DNA of 64,000 nucleotides from Sphingosinicella sp. (GTDB taxonomy: Bacteria > Pseudomonadota > Alphaproteobacteria > Sphingomonadales > Sphingomonadaceae), in NCBI RefSeq assembly GCF_013911755.1, contig NZ_JACESP010000014.1:33639-97638 (forward strand), written 5' to 3'. Position numbers and translations under genes: made by a program. The notes beneath the pieces were generated by a model. That model was not told the origin of the DNA and did no database searches. It worked only from the letters and a program-made list of their open reading frames with translations. Below, piece by piece: positions 35,962 through 45,512 of this stretch. Numbering within the stretch: position 1 is the first letter of the stretch; every line of letters starts with the position of its first letter.

Positions 35962-37734
35962 TTAACCGAGCGCCTCGGATTGCTCCGCAAGTTCAAGCCA
36001 GCGGTCTTCGCAGATGGCGAGACGGCTGCGGGCGGCGTCGAGCGCGGCGGAAATTTTCATGAAGCCGTCCGGGTCGCGCGTGTAGAGCGCAGGGTTGGCA
36101 AGGCTTTCCTCGTGGCGGGCGATCTCCGCGTGCAGCGCCTCGATCTCGGCGGGGAGCATGTCGAGCTCGCGCTGATCCTTGTAGCTGAGCTTGGTGCGCG
36201 CGGTGCGCGGGGCTTCGGCTACGGGGGCGCTGCTCGGCTTCGCAGCGGTGCGCTGCGTGCGCTTCTTTTCCCAGTCGGCGAAGCCGCCCGCGACGACGTC
36301 TGCGCGGCCGCTGCCATCGAGGCCGACGACCATCGTGACGGTGCGATCGAGGAAGTCGCGGTCGTGGCTGACGATGAGGACGGTGCCCTCGTAGTCGGCG
36401 ATCACCTCCTGCAGGAGGTCGAGCGTTTCGAGGTCGAGGTCGTTCGTCGGCTCGTCGAGGACAAGGAGGTTGGAGGCGCGGGCGAACTCGCGCGAGAGGA
36501 GGAGCCGCGAGCGCTCGCCGCCGGAGAGCGCATCGACGGGCGCATCGGCGTAGGCAGGATCGAACAGGAACTCCTTGAGATAGCCGATGACGTGCTTCTT
36601 CTCGCCGCGCACATCGATCCAGTCGCCGCCGTCGGCCAGGATATCGCGCACGCGCTTGCCGGGTCCGAGGAGCTTGCGCTGCTGATCGATGGTGATGCCC
36701 GCGAGCGTTTTCGCCCGCCTGACCGTGCCCGTATCGGGCGCGATCTCGCCCGTGAGGAGCCTCAGCAGCGTTGTTTTCCCTGCGCCGTTCGGGCCGACGA
36801 TGCCGATGCGGTCGCCGCGCTGGATGCGGAGCGTCAGATCCTTGATGATCGTGCGGCCGTCGTAGCTCTTGCTGACGCTCTCGGCATCGATGACGATCTT
36901 GGCCTTGGCGTCGTCCGATTGCAGGCCGAGCTTCGCCTTGCCGGCCGGCCCGATCATGCTCGCGCGCTGGGCGCGCATCTCCTGCAGCTTGGCGAGGCGG
37001 CCCTGATTGCGGCGGCGGCGCGCGGTGACGCCGCGCTGGAGCCAGTGGAGTTCGTCGCGCAGTTTCGAATCAAGCTTCTCGGCAGCGCGCGCCTCCTCGG
37101 CATAGACCTGCTCGGTCCACGCCTCGAAACCGCCGAAGCCGATCTCGGCGCGGCGGATCTGACCGCGATCGAGCCAGAGCGAGGAGCGGGTGAGGCGGGT
37201 GAGGAAGGTGCGATCGTGGCTGATCGCAACGAATGCGCCCGTGTAGCGGCCAAGCCAGCCTTCAAGCCATTCGATGGCGGCGAGATCGAGGTGGTTGGTG
37301 GGCTCGTCGAGCAGGATCAGGTCCGGGTTTTCGGCGAGCGCGCGGGCAAGCGCGGCGCGGCGCCGCTCGCCGCCGCTCGCGGTTTCGGCGGCGCGGTCGA
37401 GATCGAGGCCGATCTGATCGGCGATGGCGTCCACCTCATGCGCCTCCGGCGCGCCGGGGCCGCGCATGGCGAAATCGCGCAAGGTGGCGTAGCCGTTGAC
37501 CTTGGGGTCTTGCTCCAGCAGCACGATGTGCGTGCCGGGGCGGGCCTTGCGCTGGCCTTCGTCGAAATCGACGAGTCCGGCGATGAGGCGGAACAGCGTC
37601 GTCTTGCCCGCGCCGTTGCGCCCGATGAGCGCCAGCCGGTCGCGCTCGCCGATGAAAAGGTCAAGACCGCGCAGCAGCCAGCTCGTGCCTTGTACGAGGC
37701 CAATGGATTCAAGCGAGACAATGGGGGCGGACAC
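35962..37734 (-). CDS. ABC-F family ATPase (Uup-like)
   Basis: Two ABC cassettes (GRNGAGKTT/LSGGERRR and GPNGAGKTT/LSGGERSR), no TM domain, and a C-terminal coiled coil. Confidence 0.9.
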   Translation of the reverse strand: MSAPIVSLESIGLVQGTSWLLRGLDLFIGERDRLALIGRNGAGKTTLFRLIAGLVDFDEGQRKARPGTHIVLLEQDPKVNGYATLRDFAMRGPGAPEAHEVDAIADQIGLDLDRAAETASGGERRRAALARALAENPDLILLDEPTNHLDLAAIEWLEGWLGRYTGAFVAISHDRTFLTRLTRSSLWLDRGQIRRAEIGFGGFEAWTEQVYAEEARAAEKLDSKLRDELHWLQRGVTARRRRNQGRLAKLQEMRAQRASMIGPAGKAKLGLQSDDAKAKIVIDAESVSKSYDGRTIIKDLTLRIQRGDRIGIVGPNGAGKTTLLRLLTGEIAPDTGTVRRAKTLAGITIDQQRKLLGPGKRVRDILADGGDWIDVRGEKKHVIGYLKEFLFDPAYADAPVDALSGGERSRLLLSREFARASNLLVLDEPTNDLDLETLDLLQEVIADYEGTVLIVSHDRDFLDRTVTMVVGLDGSGRADVVAGGFADWEKKRTQRTAAKPSSAPVAEAPRTARTKLSYKDQRELDMLPAEIEALHAEIARHEESLANPALYTRDPDGFMKISAALDAARSRLAICEDRWLELAEQSEALG

Positions 37735-37849
37735 GCGTTAGACTTCCAGGCGAGAGGAACGAGGGGGAGTTAGGGTGATTGCGGCGTCTGCGCAATATTC
37801 ATGGGCTATTCACCGCCCGGGCGGTAATCGGGACGGGCGTTTCCAAGGA

Positions 37850-38170
37850 ATGAGTCCGCGTGTGAAGTTTCGTATCGCCTTTGTCTGGCTCGCCCTGTGC
37901 GTCTCCGCAGCCACTGCGGCGCCCGCGCAGGCGCTCGATCCGAAAATGAAGGATCACGATGCGGCCCGGGCGGCGACGAAGAGCGGCGAGATTCGCTCAC
38001 TCGGCGAGATCAAGAGCCGCGTCGGGAACCGCGTGGGCGGCGAACTCGTCGGCAGCAAGCTCGACATGGATCGGAAGCGCTACCGGCTGCGCTACCTGCG
38101 CGAAGGCTCGGTGGTCGAGGTGGACGTTGACGCCAAGACCGGCCATATCATCGATATAGACGGAAACTGA
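37850..38170 (+). CDS. small periplasmic PepSY-domain protein
   Basis: ATG 37850 gives a signal peptide. The C-terminal YRLRYLREGSVVEVDVDAKTGHII is PepSY-like. Precedes the two-component pair. Confidence 0.7.
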   Translation: MSPRVKFRIAFVWLALCVSAATAAPAQALDPKMKDHDAARAATKSGEIRSLGEIKSRVGNRVGGELVGSKLDMDRKRYRLRYLREGSVVEVDVDAKTGHIIDIDGN

Positions 38171-38181
38171 AGGGTTCTCCC

Positions 38182-38850
38182 ATGCGCCTGCTGATCGTCG
38201 AGGACGAACCCACGCTTGCACGCCAGCTTCGCGAGACGCTGGAAGGCGCCGGCTATGCGGTCGATGTCGCGAACGACGGCGAGGAGGGACACTTCCTCGG
38301 CTCCTCCGAGAGCTATGACGCGATCGTGCTCGATCTCGGGCTTCCCGAGATGGACGGGCTCACCGTGCTCGACAAGTGGCGCAAGGCCGACATCGCCATT
38401 CCCGTGCTCGTGCTGACGGCGCGCGACAGCTGGTCCGACAAGGTGGCGGGGCTCGATGCGGGCGCCGACGACTATCTCGCCAAGCCCTTCCAGATGGAGG
38501 AGCTGATCGCCCGGCTGCGCGCGCTCATCCGCCGCTCGACGGGCAACGCCTCCTCGGAACTGGAAGCGGGCGACGTGCGGCTCGACATGCGCTCAGGCCG
38601 CGTGACGCTGAACGGCACGCCGGTGCGGCTGACCGCGCAGGAATACAAATTGCTCGCGTACCTGATGCACCACAAGGGCAAGGTCGTTTCCCGCACCGAA
38701 CTGATCGAACACATCTACGATCAGGACTTCGACCGCGATTCGAACACCATCGAGGTCTTCATCACGCGCATCCGCAAGAAGCTGGGCGCGGACCTTATCC
38801 AGACCATTCGCGGTCTCGGCTACAGCCTGGACGATCCGCAAGCTGCCTGA
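38182..38850 (+). CDS. OmpR/PhoB-family response regulator
   Basis: Receiver domain (MRLLIVEDE, DAIVLDLGLPEMDG) and winged-helix output domain (IQTIRGLGYSL). Confidence 0.92.
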   Translation: MRLLIVEDEPTLARQLRETLEGAGYAVDVANDGEEGHFLGSSESYDAIVLDLGLPEMDGLTVLDKWRKADIAIPVLVLTARDSWSDKVAGLDAGADDYLAKPFQMEELIARLRALIRRSTGNASSELEAGDVRLDMRSGRVTLNGTPVRLTAQEYKLLAYLMHHKGKVVSRTELIEHIYDQDFDRDSNTIEVFITRIRKKLGADLIQTIRGLGYSLDDPQAA

Positions 38851-38851
38851 G

Positions 38852-40237
38852 GTGGCCGCGCGCGCGCCACGCGAATCCCGTTTCGGCCAGCTGTTCCGGC
38901 GCGGCTCGCTCAGCCGCCGTATGCTGGCGGTATCGGCGCTGTGGATCATCACGCTGTTGCTGATGGGCGGATACGCGCTCGAACGCACGGTCGGCCGCAT
39001 CATCGTCGACGGCTTCGACGAGCGCCTGCAGAGTGTGCTCACCGCACTGATCGCCACGGTGGAGCTGGGCCCCGAGGGAGAAATCCGGCTGAACAGATCG
39101 CTCGGCGACCAGCGGTTTCAGGAGCCCTATTCGGGGCTCTACTGGCAGATCAGCATGGCGGGGCAGGAGCCGCTGCGCTCGCGCTCGCTCTGGGACCGCG
39201 CGTTGACGCCAAGCACGTTCGACGCGAGCAAGGAAGCGGTCGCCTATGACAGCAATGCCTTCGCGGGGGAGGGGCTGCGCATCGTGGAGCGCGACATCGT
39301 GCTGCCCGATAGCCCGATCATGCTCCACGTGCAGGCCGCGCAGAGCCGGGCGGAGCTTGATCGCCAGCTCGCGCGCGTGCGCTCGACCGTGCTGTGGTCG
39401 CTCGGCGTGCTCGGAATCGGGCTTATCGGCATGGCTGCGCTGCAGACGGGCTACGGCCTCTGGCCGCTGCGCCGCATCAGCGCCCAGATCGCGGCGGTGC
39501 GCAGCGGCAGCGTAAAGCGCGTCTCTTCCGATTTCCCGGCGGAGGTCTCGCCGATGGTCGCCGAGCTGAACGAGCTTCTGGACCATACCGAGGCGCAGGC
39601 GGAGGCCGCACGTATGCACGCCGGAAACCTCGCGCACGCGCTGAAAACCCCGCTCGCGATCGTGATGAACGAGGCGGAGGGGCAGAAAACTCCGCTCGCC
39701 GATACCGTGCGTGGACAACTGGCCATCATGCGGCGTCACATCGATCACCACCTCGCGCGCGCCCGCGCGCTCGGCCGGCGTTCGGCGGTGAATGCGCGCG
39801 CCGACGTCTGGCCCGCGCTTGAAGGCCTGCGGCGCGCGATCAGCCGCATCTATCCCGACGTGACGATCGACCTCGACGGCGACCGCACCGCGATATTTCA
39901 TGGCGAGCGTCAGGATCTGGAGGAAATGGCCGGGAACCTGATCGAGAACGCCGCGAAATACGGGGCCGGGCGTGTGTTCGTTTCGGTATCCCTGTCGGGC
40001 GGGCCGGAGCGGTTCGTCGAAATCCTCGTGGAGGATGACGGCCCCGGCATCGCACAAACCGAGCGCGGCCGTATCTTCGGCCGCGGCGCGCGGCTCGACA
40101 CCGAAAAACCCGGCACCGGCCTTGGCCTCTCCATCGTGAAGGACGTCGCCGAGATCTACGGCGGCAGTATCACCCTTGGCAGCAGCGAGGATCTGGGCGG
40201 CCTCGCCGCGACGCTCCGCCTGCCGGCGGCGGGGTGA
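38852..40237 (+). CDS. sensor histidine kinase (HAMP-HisKA-HATPase)
   Basis: Two TM segments, H-box HAGNLAHALKTPLA, N-box NLIENAAKYG, G1 EDDGPGI and G2 GTGLGLSIV. Confidence 0.9.
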   Translation: MAARAPRESRFGQLFRRGSLSRRMLAVSALWIITLLLMGGYALERTVGRIIVDGFDERLQSVLTALIATVELGPEGEIRLNRSLGDQRFQEPYSGLYWQISMAGQEPLRSRSLWDRALTPSTFDASKEAVAYDSNAFAGEGLRIVERDIVLPDSPIMLHVQAAQSRAELDRQLARVRSTVLWSLGVLGIGLIGMAALQTGYGLWPLRRISAQIAAVRSGSVKRVSSDFPAEVSPMVAELNELLDHTEAQAEAARMHAGNLAHALKTPLAIVMNEAEGQKTPLADTVRGQLAIMRRHIDHHLARARALGRRSAVNARADVWPALEGLRRAISRIYPDVTIDLDGDRTAIFHGERQDLEEMAGNLIENAAKYGAGRVFVSVSLSGGPERFVEILVEDDGPGIAQTERGRIFGRGARLDTEKPGTGLGLSIVKDVAEIYGGSITLGSSEDLGGLAATLRLPAAG

Positions 40238-40383
40238 TGCTTACCTCCTGAGACTGTCCAGGAGCTTCTTTCCGGCGTCGAGCGGATTGGCGCGCAGCTT
40301 TGCCTCTTCGGTGCCTGCCGGAACGAGGAGGATGGGCTATGGGTTGAGTGCTTACTGCACGCTTGCCCCCTGAACGGAATTCC

Positions 40384-41205
40384 ATGCGCCTCTCCATCGA
40401 AACGATGCTGGATTACCAGCTGACCGCGCCTGCCGATCTGCTACTGGCGGTCGAGGTCGCGCAGATGCCCGACCAGATTCTCGTCAGCGACCAGCTGACC
40501 GTGCAGGGCGTCGAGGCGCTGACGCCGGTGGCGGCGGAGGAAGCGCTGGGGCGTCGCACATGGACGCACGCCGAAGGCCGGGTGACGGTGCATTACCGGG
40601 CAGAAGTGGATGTCGATCGCCCCGCGCCGTCGCTCGGCGGGCTGAAGATCGACGAGAATCGGCATTTGCCAGCGCTCGTGGTGCCTTATCTTTTCCCGAG
40701 CCGATACTGCGAGGCCGACCGTTTCGTCTCGCTGGTGGAGCGCGAGTTCGGCGATCTTTCCGGCGGGGATCAGGTACGCGCGATCGCGGCGTGGATCGGG
40801 CAACATCTCGATTACGTGCCCGGCGCCAGCAACGCCACGACCACCGCAGCCGATACGTTCATCGCCCGGCGGGGCGTGTGCCGGGACTTCGCCCACCTCA
40901 TGATCGCCATGACGCGCGCCGCGGGCATACCCGCGCGGATGGTTGCGGCCTATGCGTGGCGGCTGGAGCCGCAGGACTTCCACGCCGTGGTGGAGGTGTG
41001 GCTCGAAGGCCGCTGGCATCTGGTCGACGCGACGAACCTTGCGCCCTGCGAAGGCATCGTGCGCATCGGCGTGGGGCGCGACGCGACGGACATCAGCTTC
41101 CTGACGATATTCGGCGAGGCGCAGCTAATCGCGCAGCGCGTGGATGTGCGGAAAGTCGGTTGGCAGGGGGTGGCGACGGCCCGTGAGGCATTCGCCACCC
41201 GCTGA
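40384..41205 (+). CDS. transglutaminase-family protein
   Basis: Catalytic context RRGVCRDFAHLMIAMTRAAGIPARMV, FHAVVEVW and VDATN. ATG 40384 was chosen. Confidence 0.8.
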   Translation: MRLSIETMLDYQLTAPADLLLAVEVAQMPDQILVSDQLTVQGVEALTPVAAEEALGRRTWTHAEGRVTVHYRAEVDVDRPAPSLGGLKIDENRHLPALVVPYLFPSRYCEADRFVSLVEREFGDLSGGDQVRAIAAWIGQHLDYVPGASNATTTAADTFIARRGVCRDFAHLMIAMTRAAGIPARMVAAYAWRLEPQDFHAVVEVWLEGRWHLVDATNLAPCEGIVRIGVGRDATDISFLTIFGEAQLIAQRVDVRKVGWQGVATAREAFATR

Positions 41206-41210
41206 TCGTT

Positions 41211-41873
41211 TTATTGCTGCGGCTGGGCGACGACGGGCTCAGCCACCGGAGCGGCGGCCACCGTCGTCACTGTGGCAACCGGTGCAACCATCGGCGCGGC
41301 AGGGGCGGGAACGGTGATCGCCACGGGCGTCGGTGCGGAAAATGCGATGGGCACGTCTTCCTGCACGAAACCCGTGATGTTCGACCCGGCCGGAATCTGC
41401 GCGCTGGTTCCGGTGACAAAGAAACCGACCACCGGTACGAGCACGACCGCAGCGACCACGCCCGCCGTGCCGGTGACGCCCTTGTCGTCGATGGAGCCCG
41501 AAAGGCGTATCTGACGCCCGTTGGCCCTTACGTAGAGCATACGGGTTTCGATGTGGCCCGATTTGCCCCACATGCCCTTGTTGCGAACGCTCGTGACTTC
41601 GCCCACTGCCGGGCTGCCCACGGGAATCACCACCTGACCGTCAACCGAAACGGCTTCCGCCACCTCAAGTTCGAAACGGTGCCCGACCTTGAGTTTCTTG
41701 CCCTCGGTCGTGAGACCGACGAGGGTCTTCAGCGGAACGGACGTGCCGGCCCGAAGAACCGAGGTTTGCGGCGCGCCGAGAGCGATCGGTTCGGCATTGG
41801 TATCGACATTCTGCGCGATCGCAGGATACGCGCATACGGCCGCGCCGATGGCGGCAAATATAATCTTTTTCAT
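41211..41873 (-). CDS. hypothetical secreted protein with Ala/Pro/Val-rich tail
   Basis: ATG 41873 gives signal peptide MKKIIFAAIGAAVCAYPAIAQ. GC3-rich with no recognisable domain. Confidence 0.55.
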   Translation of the reverse strand: MKKIIFAAIGAAVCAYPAIAQNVDTNAEPIALGAPQTSVLRAGTSVPLKTLVGLTTEGKKLKVGHRFELEVAEAVSVDGQVVIPVGSPAVGEVTSVRNKGMWGKSGHIETRMLYVRANGRQIRLSGSIDDKGVTGTAGVVAAVVLVPVVGFFVTGTSAQIPAGSNITGFVQEDVPIAFSAPTPVAITVPAPAAPMVAPVATVTTVAAAPVAEPVVAQPQQ

Positions 41874-42056
41874 GAAGTCCCCCCAATTTCGGCGCCAAAT
41901 ACACCTAGGCATGACGATGAACTAACTTCGTTTGACTGACAAGGCAGTAAGTAAAGCGCCGCTCATTTCTTTCTAAGAACGGCTATCCACTTGCCGTGGG
42001 CGCTTCAGTCGATTGAAGGCATGGGATTCATGGGGCGGCGATAAGGTCGTTGCCGG

Positions 42057-42082
42057 AAATAAGTGGATGCCCCGCGAGGATT
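42057..42082. repeat. att direct repeat, left copy (AAATAAGTGGATGCCCCGCGAGGATT)
   Basis: Identical to 53800-53825. It duplicates the last 19 nt of tRNA-Gln plus 7 nt downstream. Confidence 0.88.
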
Positions 42083-42088
42083 ATAAGA

Positions 42089-42181
42089 TGCCTTCGCCGA
42101 CATTCGCGGACCTTCACAGAAAGCCTTGAAACTGCGTCGATTATAGCGATATTGTTTCGCCTGCCTTCGCTCACATTCGCG
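42089..42181 (+). repeat. pair of 20-nt direct repeats (candidate integrase arm-type sites)
   Basis: TGCCTTCGCCGACATTCGCG (42089-42108) and TGCCTTCGCTCACATTCGCG (42162-42181) match at 18 of 20 positions. They lie between att and int. Confidence 0.45.
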
Positions 42182-42222
42182 TACTATCGCGCCGAAACGA
42201 GGGAACGGATGGGGGAACGAAG

Positions 42223-43398
42223 ATGCCCAAGCTTACCGTCGTCGGAGTTCGCAACGCCAAGCCGGGCCGCCACGCTGACGGCGGCGGGCTCTACCTGCTT
42301 GTGAAGCCGAGCGGGGCGCGGTCGTGGCTGCTGCGTTATCAGGTCGCGGGGCAGCGGCGGGATATCGGGCTCGGCGCCGTGTCGGACCTCACACTACAGG
42401 AAGCGCGTGAGAAGGCCGCCCAGCTTCGCAAGGTGGCACGCAACGGCGGCGACCCGATCGCCGAGCGGGACCGCGAGCGCCGGCCCGTACCGACGTTCCG
42501 GATTGCCGCCAAGGCGTGCCATGAGGAAATGAAGCGGGGATGGGAGCCGAAGCACGCAGCGTCGTGGCTGTCGTCGCTTGAGGAACACGCCTATTCTGCG
42601 CTCGGCAACACCCGTGTCGATATGATCGAGGCTTCCAACGTCCGCGACGCACTCGCGCCGATCTGGATCGATAAGCCGGTCATGGCGCGCAAAGTCCGTC
42701 AGCGTATCGGGGCGGTGCTGAACTTCGCGAAGTCGAAGGGCTGGCGCGCGAGCGAGGCCCCGACGCGATCGGTAACGGTCGGCCTGTCCCGGCAGCCGAA
42801 GGGCGGCAACTTCGCCGCCATGCCCTACGCAGAGGTTCCCGCGTTCGTGCAGGCCGTGCGGGAGGCGTCTGAGACGGTCGGACGCATGGCGCTATTGTTC
42901 ACGATCCTGACGGCCGCGCGCTCGGGCGAGGTGCGCTCGGCGCGCTGGAGTCATATCGATTTCGAGGCGGCGCTATGGAGGCGTCCGGCGGCGCTGATGA
43001 AGTCCCGCGAGGCGCACGACGTGACACTGAATCCCGCGGCGTTTGCGATCCTTGAGCGCGCCGCGATGCTCCGCACCACGAAGGGCGACGCACTGATCTT
43101 CCCGGGGAAGAGCGGCAAGCCGCTGTCTGATATGACCCTGACCAAGGCGCTGCGGGATGCCGGGCAGACATGCACCGTTCACGGGTTCCGGTCGAGTTTC
43201 CGCGACTGGTGCGCCGAGCAGATGCCCGGCACGCCGGAAGCGGTCGCCGAGGCCGCGCTTGCCCATGTCGTCCCTGATGCCGTCGTGCGGGCCTACAAGC
43301 GGACGAAATTCCTCGATATGCGCCGCGGGCTGCTGAACGCGTGGGGCGCCTTTGTGGACGGGGAGCAGGGTGGGAACGTGGTGGCGATCAGGGCTTAA
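42223..43398 (+). CDS. int: tyrosine-type site-specific integrase (P4-like, DUF4102 N-terminal arm-binding domain)
   Basis: N-terminus GRHADGGGLYLLVKPSGARSWLLRY. Catalytic residues appear in ARSGEVRSARW, HGFRSSFRDW and VVRAYKR. Confidence 0.92.
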   Translation: MPKLTVVGVRNAKPGRHADGGGLYLLVKPSGARSWLLRYQVAGQRRDIGLGAVSDLTLQEAREKAAQLRKVARNGGDPIAERDRERRPVPTFRIAAKACHEEMKRGWEPKHAASWLSSLEEHAYSALGNTRVDMIEASNVRDALAPIWIDKPVMARKVRQRIGAVLNFAKSKGWRASEAPTRSVTVGLSRQPKGGNFAAMPYAEVPAFVQAVREASETVGRMALLFTILTAARSGEVRSARWSHIDFEAALWRRPAALMKSREAHDVTLNPAAFAILERAAMLRTTKGDALIFPGKSGKPLSDMTLTKALRDAGQTCTVHGFRSSFRDWCAEQMPGTPEAVAEAALAHVVPDAVVRAYKRTKFLDMRRGLLNAWGAFVDGEQGGNVVAIRA

Positions 43399-43937
43399 GC
43401 TTTCGCGACGTCCTGCAGCAAGTCCGCCGCCCGGCGAAGCTCGTCGACCACGCTTTTAATGCGTCGAGAGTTCACGCCGCCTGTCCACCGCTGGCGTGCG
43501 ACCTGCGCGGCGGAATAGTCCTCAAGCGCGATGGCGCGCAGGGTTGCAACCAAGCTCCCTACCGCCGTTTCGGCGCGGCGCACGTCGGCTTCGGCGTCGA
43601 GGATCCGAGTGCGCCACCTTTCATAGTCGCCGCCGCCTGAGCGGGGACCGAGGCGCCCGAGGGAATCCACCGTCGCGGAGTATTGCGCGCGGTCCCATCG
43701 ATCACGATACCAGCCGAGCGCTGTAGCCTGGCTGTCGCTGATCGTGCCTGCGCGGGCCATGGTGACGACGTGCGGCACGCGGCGATAGACGCGCTCGCGC
43801 TGCACAGTGCCGTCCTCGACGAGTGCGGCGTCTTCGTATTGAAAGCGTGCGGCCTGCTCTTCCGTCGGCCCGAGCGTTGTGATTTCGATGCGTTCGGGCT
43901 GCCGACGCTGCGCCGGCTTGCGCTTTGGTTTCCCCAT
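43395..43937 (-). CDS. hypothetical island protein (basic N-terminus, possibly DNA-binding)
   Basis: 180 aa from ATG 43937 (MGKPKRKPAQRR). Its stop overlaps the int stop inside the palindrome GCTTAAGC. The longer 295-aa track version is rejected. Confidence 0.55.
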   Translation of the reverse strand: MGKPKRKPAQRRQPERIEITTLGPTEEQAARFQYEDAALVEDGTVQRERVYRRVPHVVTMARAGTISDSQATALGWYRDRWDRAQYSATVDSLGRLGPRSGGGDYERWRTRILDAEADVRRAETAVGSLVATLRAIALEDYSAAQVARQRWTGGVNSRRIKSVVDELRRAADLLQDVAKA

Positions 43938-44263
43938 CCGGTGATTATAGGGCGGGGAGGGCCGCGCCTCAAGAAGTTCGCGCCCGGCGTAAGGAAGCGT
44001 ATTACCGGCAAGCCCGCAATCTCGAAGCTGAGCGTGAAGCGGCGAACGTCCGCCTGCGTGCCGAGCGCCGGGCGGGTGAGTTGTTGAAGGAGTTGGCGCG
44101 GGCTCAAGGTGAGCGCACCGATCTGCGCGATGAAACTTTGTCCGGCGATGCGACAAAGTCCCCATACGCCACCGCCCTCGCAGACACCGGCATGTCCCGC
44201 CAGACGGCGCACCGCTACCAGAGTGAGGATGAGGCCATCGTGGCAGCGTGGTTGGTGGGCTAG
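43925..44263 (+). CDS. hypothetical phage-related protein (RLRAERRAGELL ... ALADTGMSRQTA motif family)
   Basis: The motif pattern recalls a widespread alphaproteobacterial phage/plasmid protein family (from memory). A truncated inverted paralogous copy lies at 53541-53722. The TTG start is uncertain. Confidence 0.45.
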   Translation: MVSPSGDYRAGRAAPQEVRARRKEAYYRQARNLEAEREAANVRLRAERRAGELLKELARAQGERTDLRDETLSGDATKSPYATALADTGMSRQTAHRYQSEDEAIVAAWLVG

Positions 44264-44550
44264 GAAAGCCCACGCAGGTCAACCAGCGCCGAAATGGCGG
44301 CCGAGCCTGCTGCGATGGCAGCGATTACTAGGGCCGCCACACCATAAATGATCTGCCAGACTGTCAGGTCGATACGCTTTCCAACCTGTACGGGCTTCCC
44401 ATCCCAGTAGAGATCGCCGTCATCGCCGACGCCCATCAAGTCCTCTTCGACCGAAACGTGCTTCACGTGCTTGGGCCAATGTGGCGGCGTTTCTCCCCAC
44501 GCTTGGCCTTTTCGAACTGGCTTCCATCCGGGCGGTGGGCCGTCAGTCAC
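44260..44550 (-). CDS. small membrane protein (C-terminal TM helix)
   Basis: 96 aa. GTG start overlaps the upstream RHH gene by 8 nt. TM segment WQIIYGVAALVIAAIAAGSAAISALV. Confidence 0.5.
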   Translation of the reverse strand: MTDGPPPGWKPVRKGQAWGETPPHWPKHVKHVSVEEDLMGVGDDGDLYWDGKPVQVGKRIDLTVWQIIYGVAALVIAAIAAGSAAISALVDLRGLS

Positions 44551-44734
44551 ACCCTAACCCCCGCTCCACCAGCCGCCGAATAGCCTCCGGCCGTGTCGGC
44601 AGGTCCGGCTGCTCGCGGCGCCAGTTGTCGATTGCGTTTAGCGCGGGCCGCTCAAGCCGAACATTGACCGCCTCCGAGTCTACTGGAGGCCGTCCCATTC
44701 TTTTCGACTTATTGGCGCTATTATCTGTTGACAT
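44543..44734 (-). CDS. small ribbon-helix-helix-like regulator
   Basis: 63 aa. KRMGRPPVDSEAVNVRLERPALNAIDNW resembles an RHH/CopG-type N-terminal strand-helix. Divergent from the rightward operon. Confidence 0.6.
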   Translation of the reverse strand: MSTDNSANKSKRMGRPPVDSEAVNVRLERPALNAIDNWRREQPDLPTRPEAIRRLVERGLGCD

Positions 44735-44823
44735 GGTAGTTTTATAGCGTCATAAAGAGCGGGCGGCAAGAGAGATTAGCCCCTCCCGAGCCGCCCTAAC
44801 ACAACGATCGACTGGAGACCGTT

Positions 44824-44961
44824 ATGCTTACCATAGCCCTACACCCCGACGCCGCCGAAATCGAGCGCCAGTATCAGGAACAGGCCCGCCAGCTCGCGGC
44901 GTGGCGCGACAGTGAAATTGAGCGCGTCGTGCGTCGCGTCATGCGGGAGGCGAGCAAGTGA
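44824..44961 (+). CDS. unannotated 45-aa ORF (MLTIALHPDAAEIERQYQEQARQLAAWRDSEIERVVRRVMREASK)
   Basis: GGAGA lies 5 nt upstream of ATG 44824. Its TGA overlaps GTG 44958 of the next gene (GTGA). It is below the ORF-track cutoff. Confidence 0.4.
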   Translation: MLTIALHPDAAEIERQYQEQARQLAAWRDSEIERVVRRVMREASK

Positions 44962-45512
44962 GCCCCGCGATACACACGCCCGCAACGCTTATCGACGCAT
45001 ACGAGGCTGGACGGATGACGCGGCCCGAGTTGCTCGACCATCTGCTCGAGTGGCGGAAGGCGGTGCCTGCGAAGGCCGACAACAAGCAGGCGCTGCTTAC
45101 CCTGTGCGATGCCCACGACGACATTGGCGTTGTGAACGACCTCGCGACCGCAATCGAGATGATGGCGATGGACATCAGCGGCAATCAGCGGGACGCCTTT
45201 ATTCGTGTGGCTCAGGCGATCAAGTCCAACGCAGCGCAGGTGGGGAACCGCATCCACCTTGTCACGGATGAAATGAGGGAGACGGCGGAGAAGTCCACAA
45301 CGCCGATGAGCCCCGACGAAGACACGGTGGCCAGCCTTGCCCATGTCGGCGCCATGCTGATGAGCATCGGGTATGCGCTGGAAGCCGCCGAGGCGCTTTT
45401 CCACAATACCAATCGCGAAGACTTCGACAGGGGCGCGGGAACGCTCGCCTGCGCGATTGCGATGGCAAAACGCGCAGAGAAATTCGCAAATGGGGAGACG
45501 GTCGATGCGTGA
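44958..45512 (+). CDS. hypothetical island protein (acidic, helical)
   Basis: 184 aa. Coupled to the 45-aa ORF and overlaps the next ORF by 8 nt. No recognisable domain. Confidence 0.55.
   Translation: MSPAIHTPATLIDAYEAGRMTRPELLDHLLEWRKAVPAKADNKQALLTLCDAHDDIGVVNDLATAIEMMAMDISGNQRDAFIRVAQAIKSNAAQVGNRIHLVTDEMRETAEKSTTPMSPDEDTVASLAHVGAMLMSIGYALEAAEALFHNTNREDFDRGAGTLACAIAMAKRAEKFANGETVDA

Noticed and set aside
35980-37773. 597-aa ORF on the plus strand
   Set aside because: It is antisense to the ABC-F ATPase gene and is a shadow ORF.
38795-40057. 420-aa ORF on the minus strand
   Set aside because: It is antisense to the HAMP/HisKA/HATPase sensor kinase gene.
42050-42304. 84-aa ORF across the left att site (and the 75-aa ORF 53806-54033 across tRNA-Gln, and 4550-5110 across tRNA-Met)
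   Set aside because: These frames run through att or tRNA sequence, have no SD and do not look protein-like.
43395-44282. Full 295-aa version of the minus-strand island ORF
   Set aside because: Only the C-terminal 180 aa (from ATG 43937) look protein-like. The N-terminal extension is Arg/Pro/Gly-rich and is antisense to the 43925-44263 gene, whose frame is supported by a paralogous copy.
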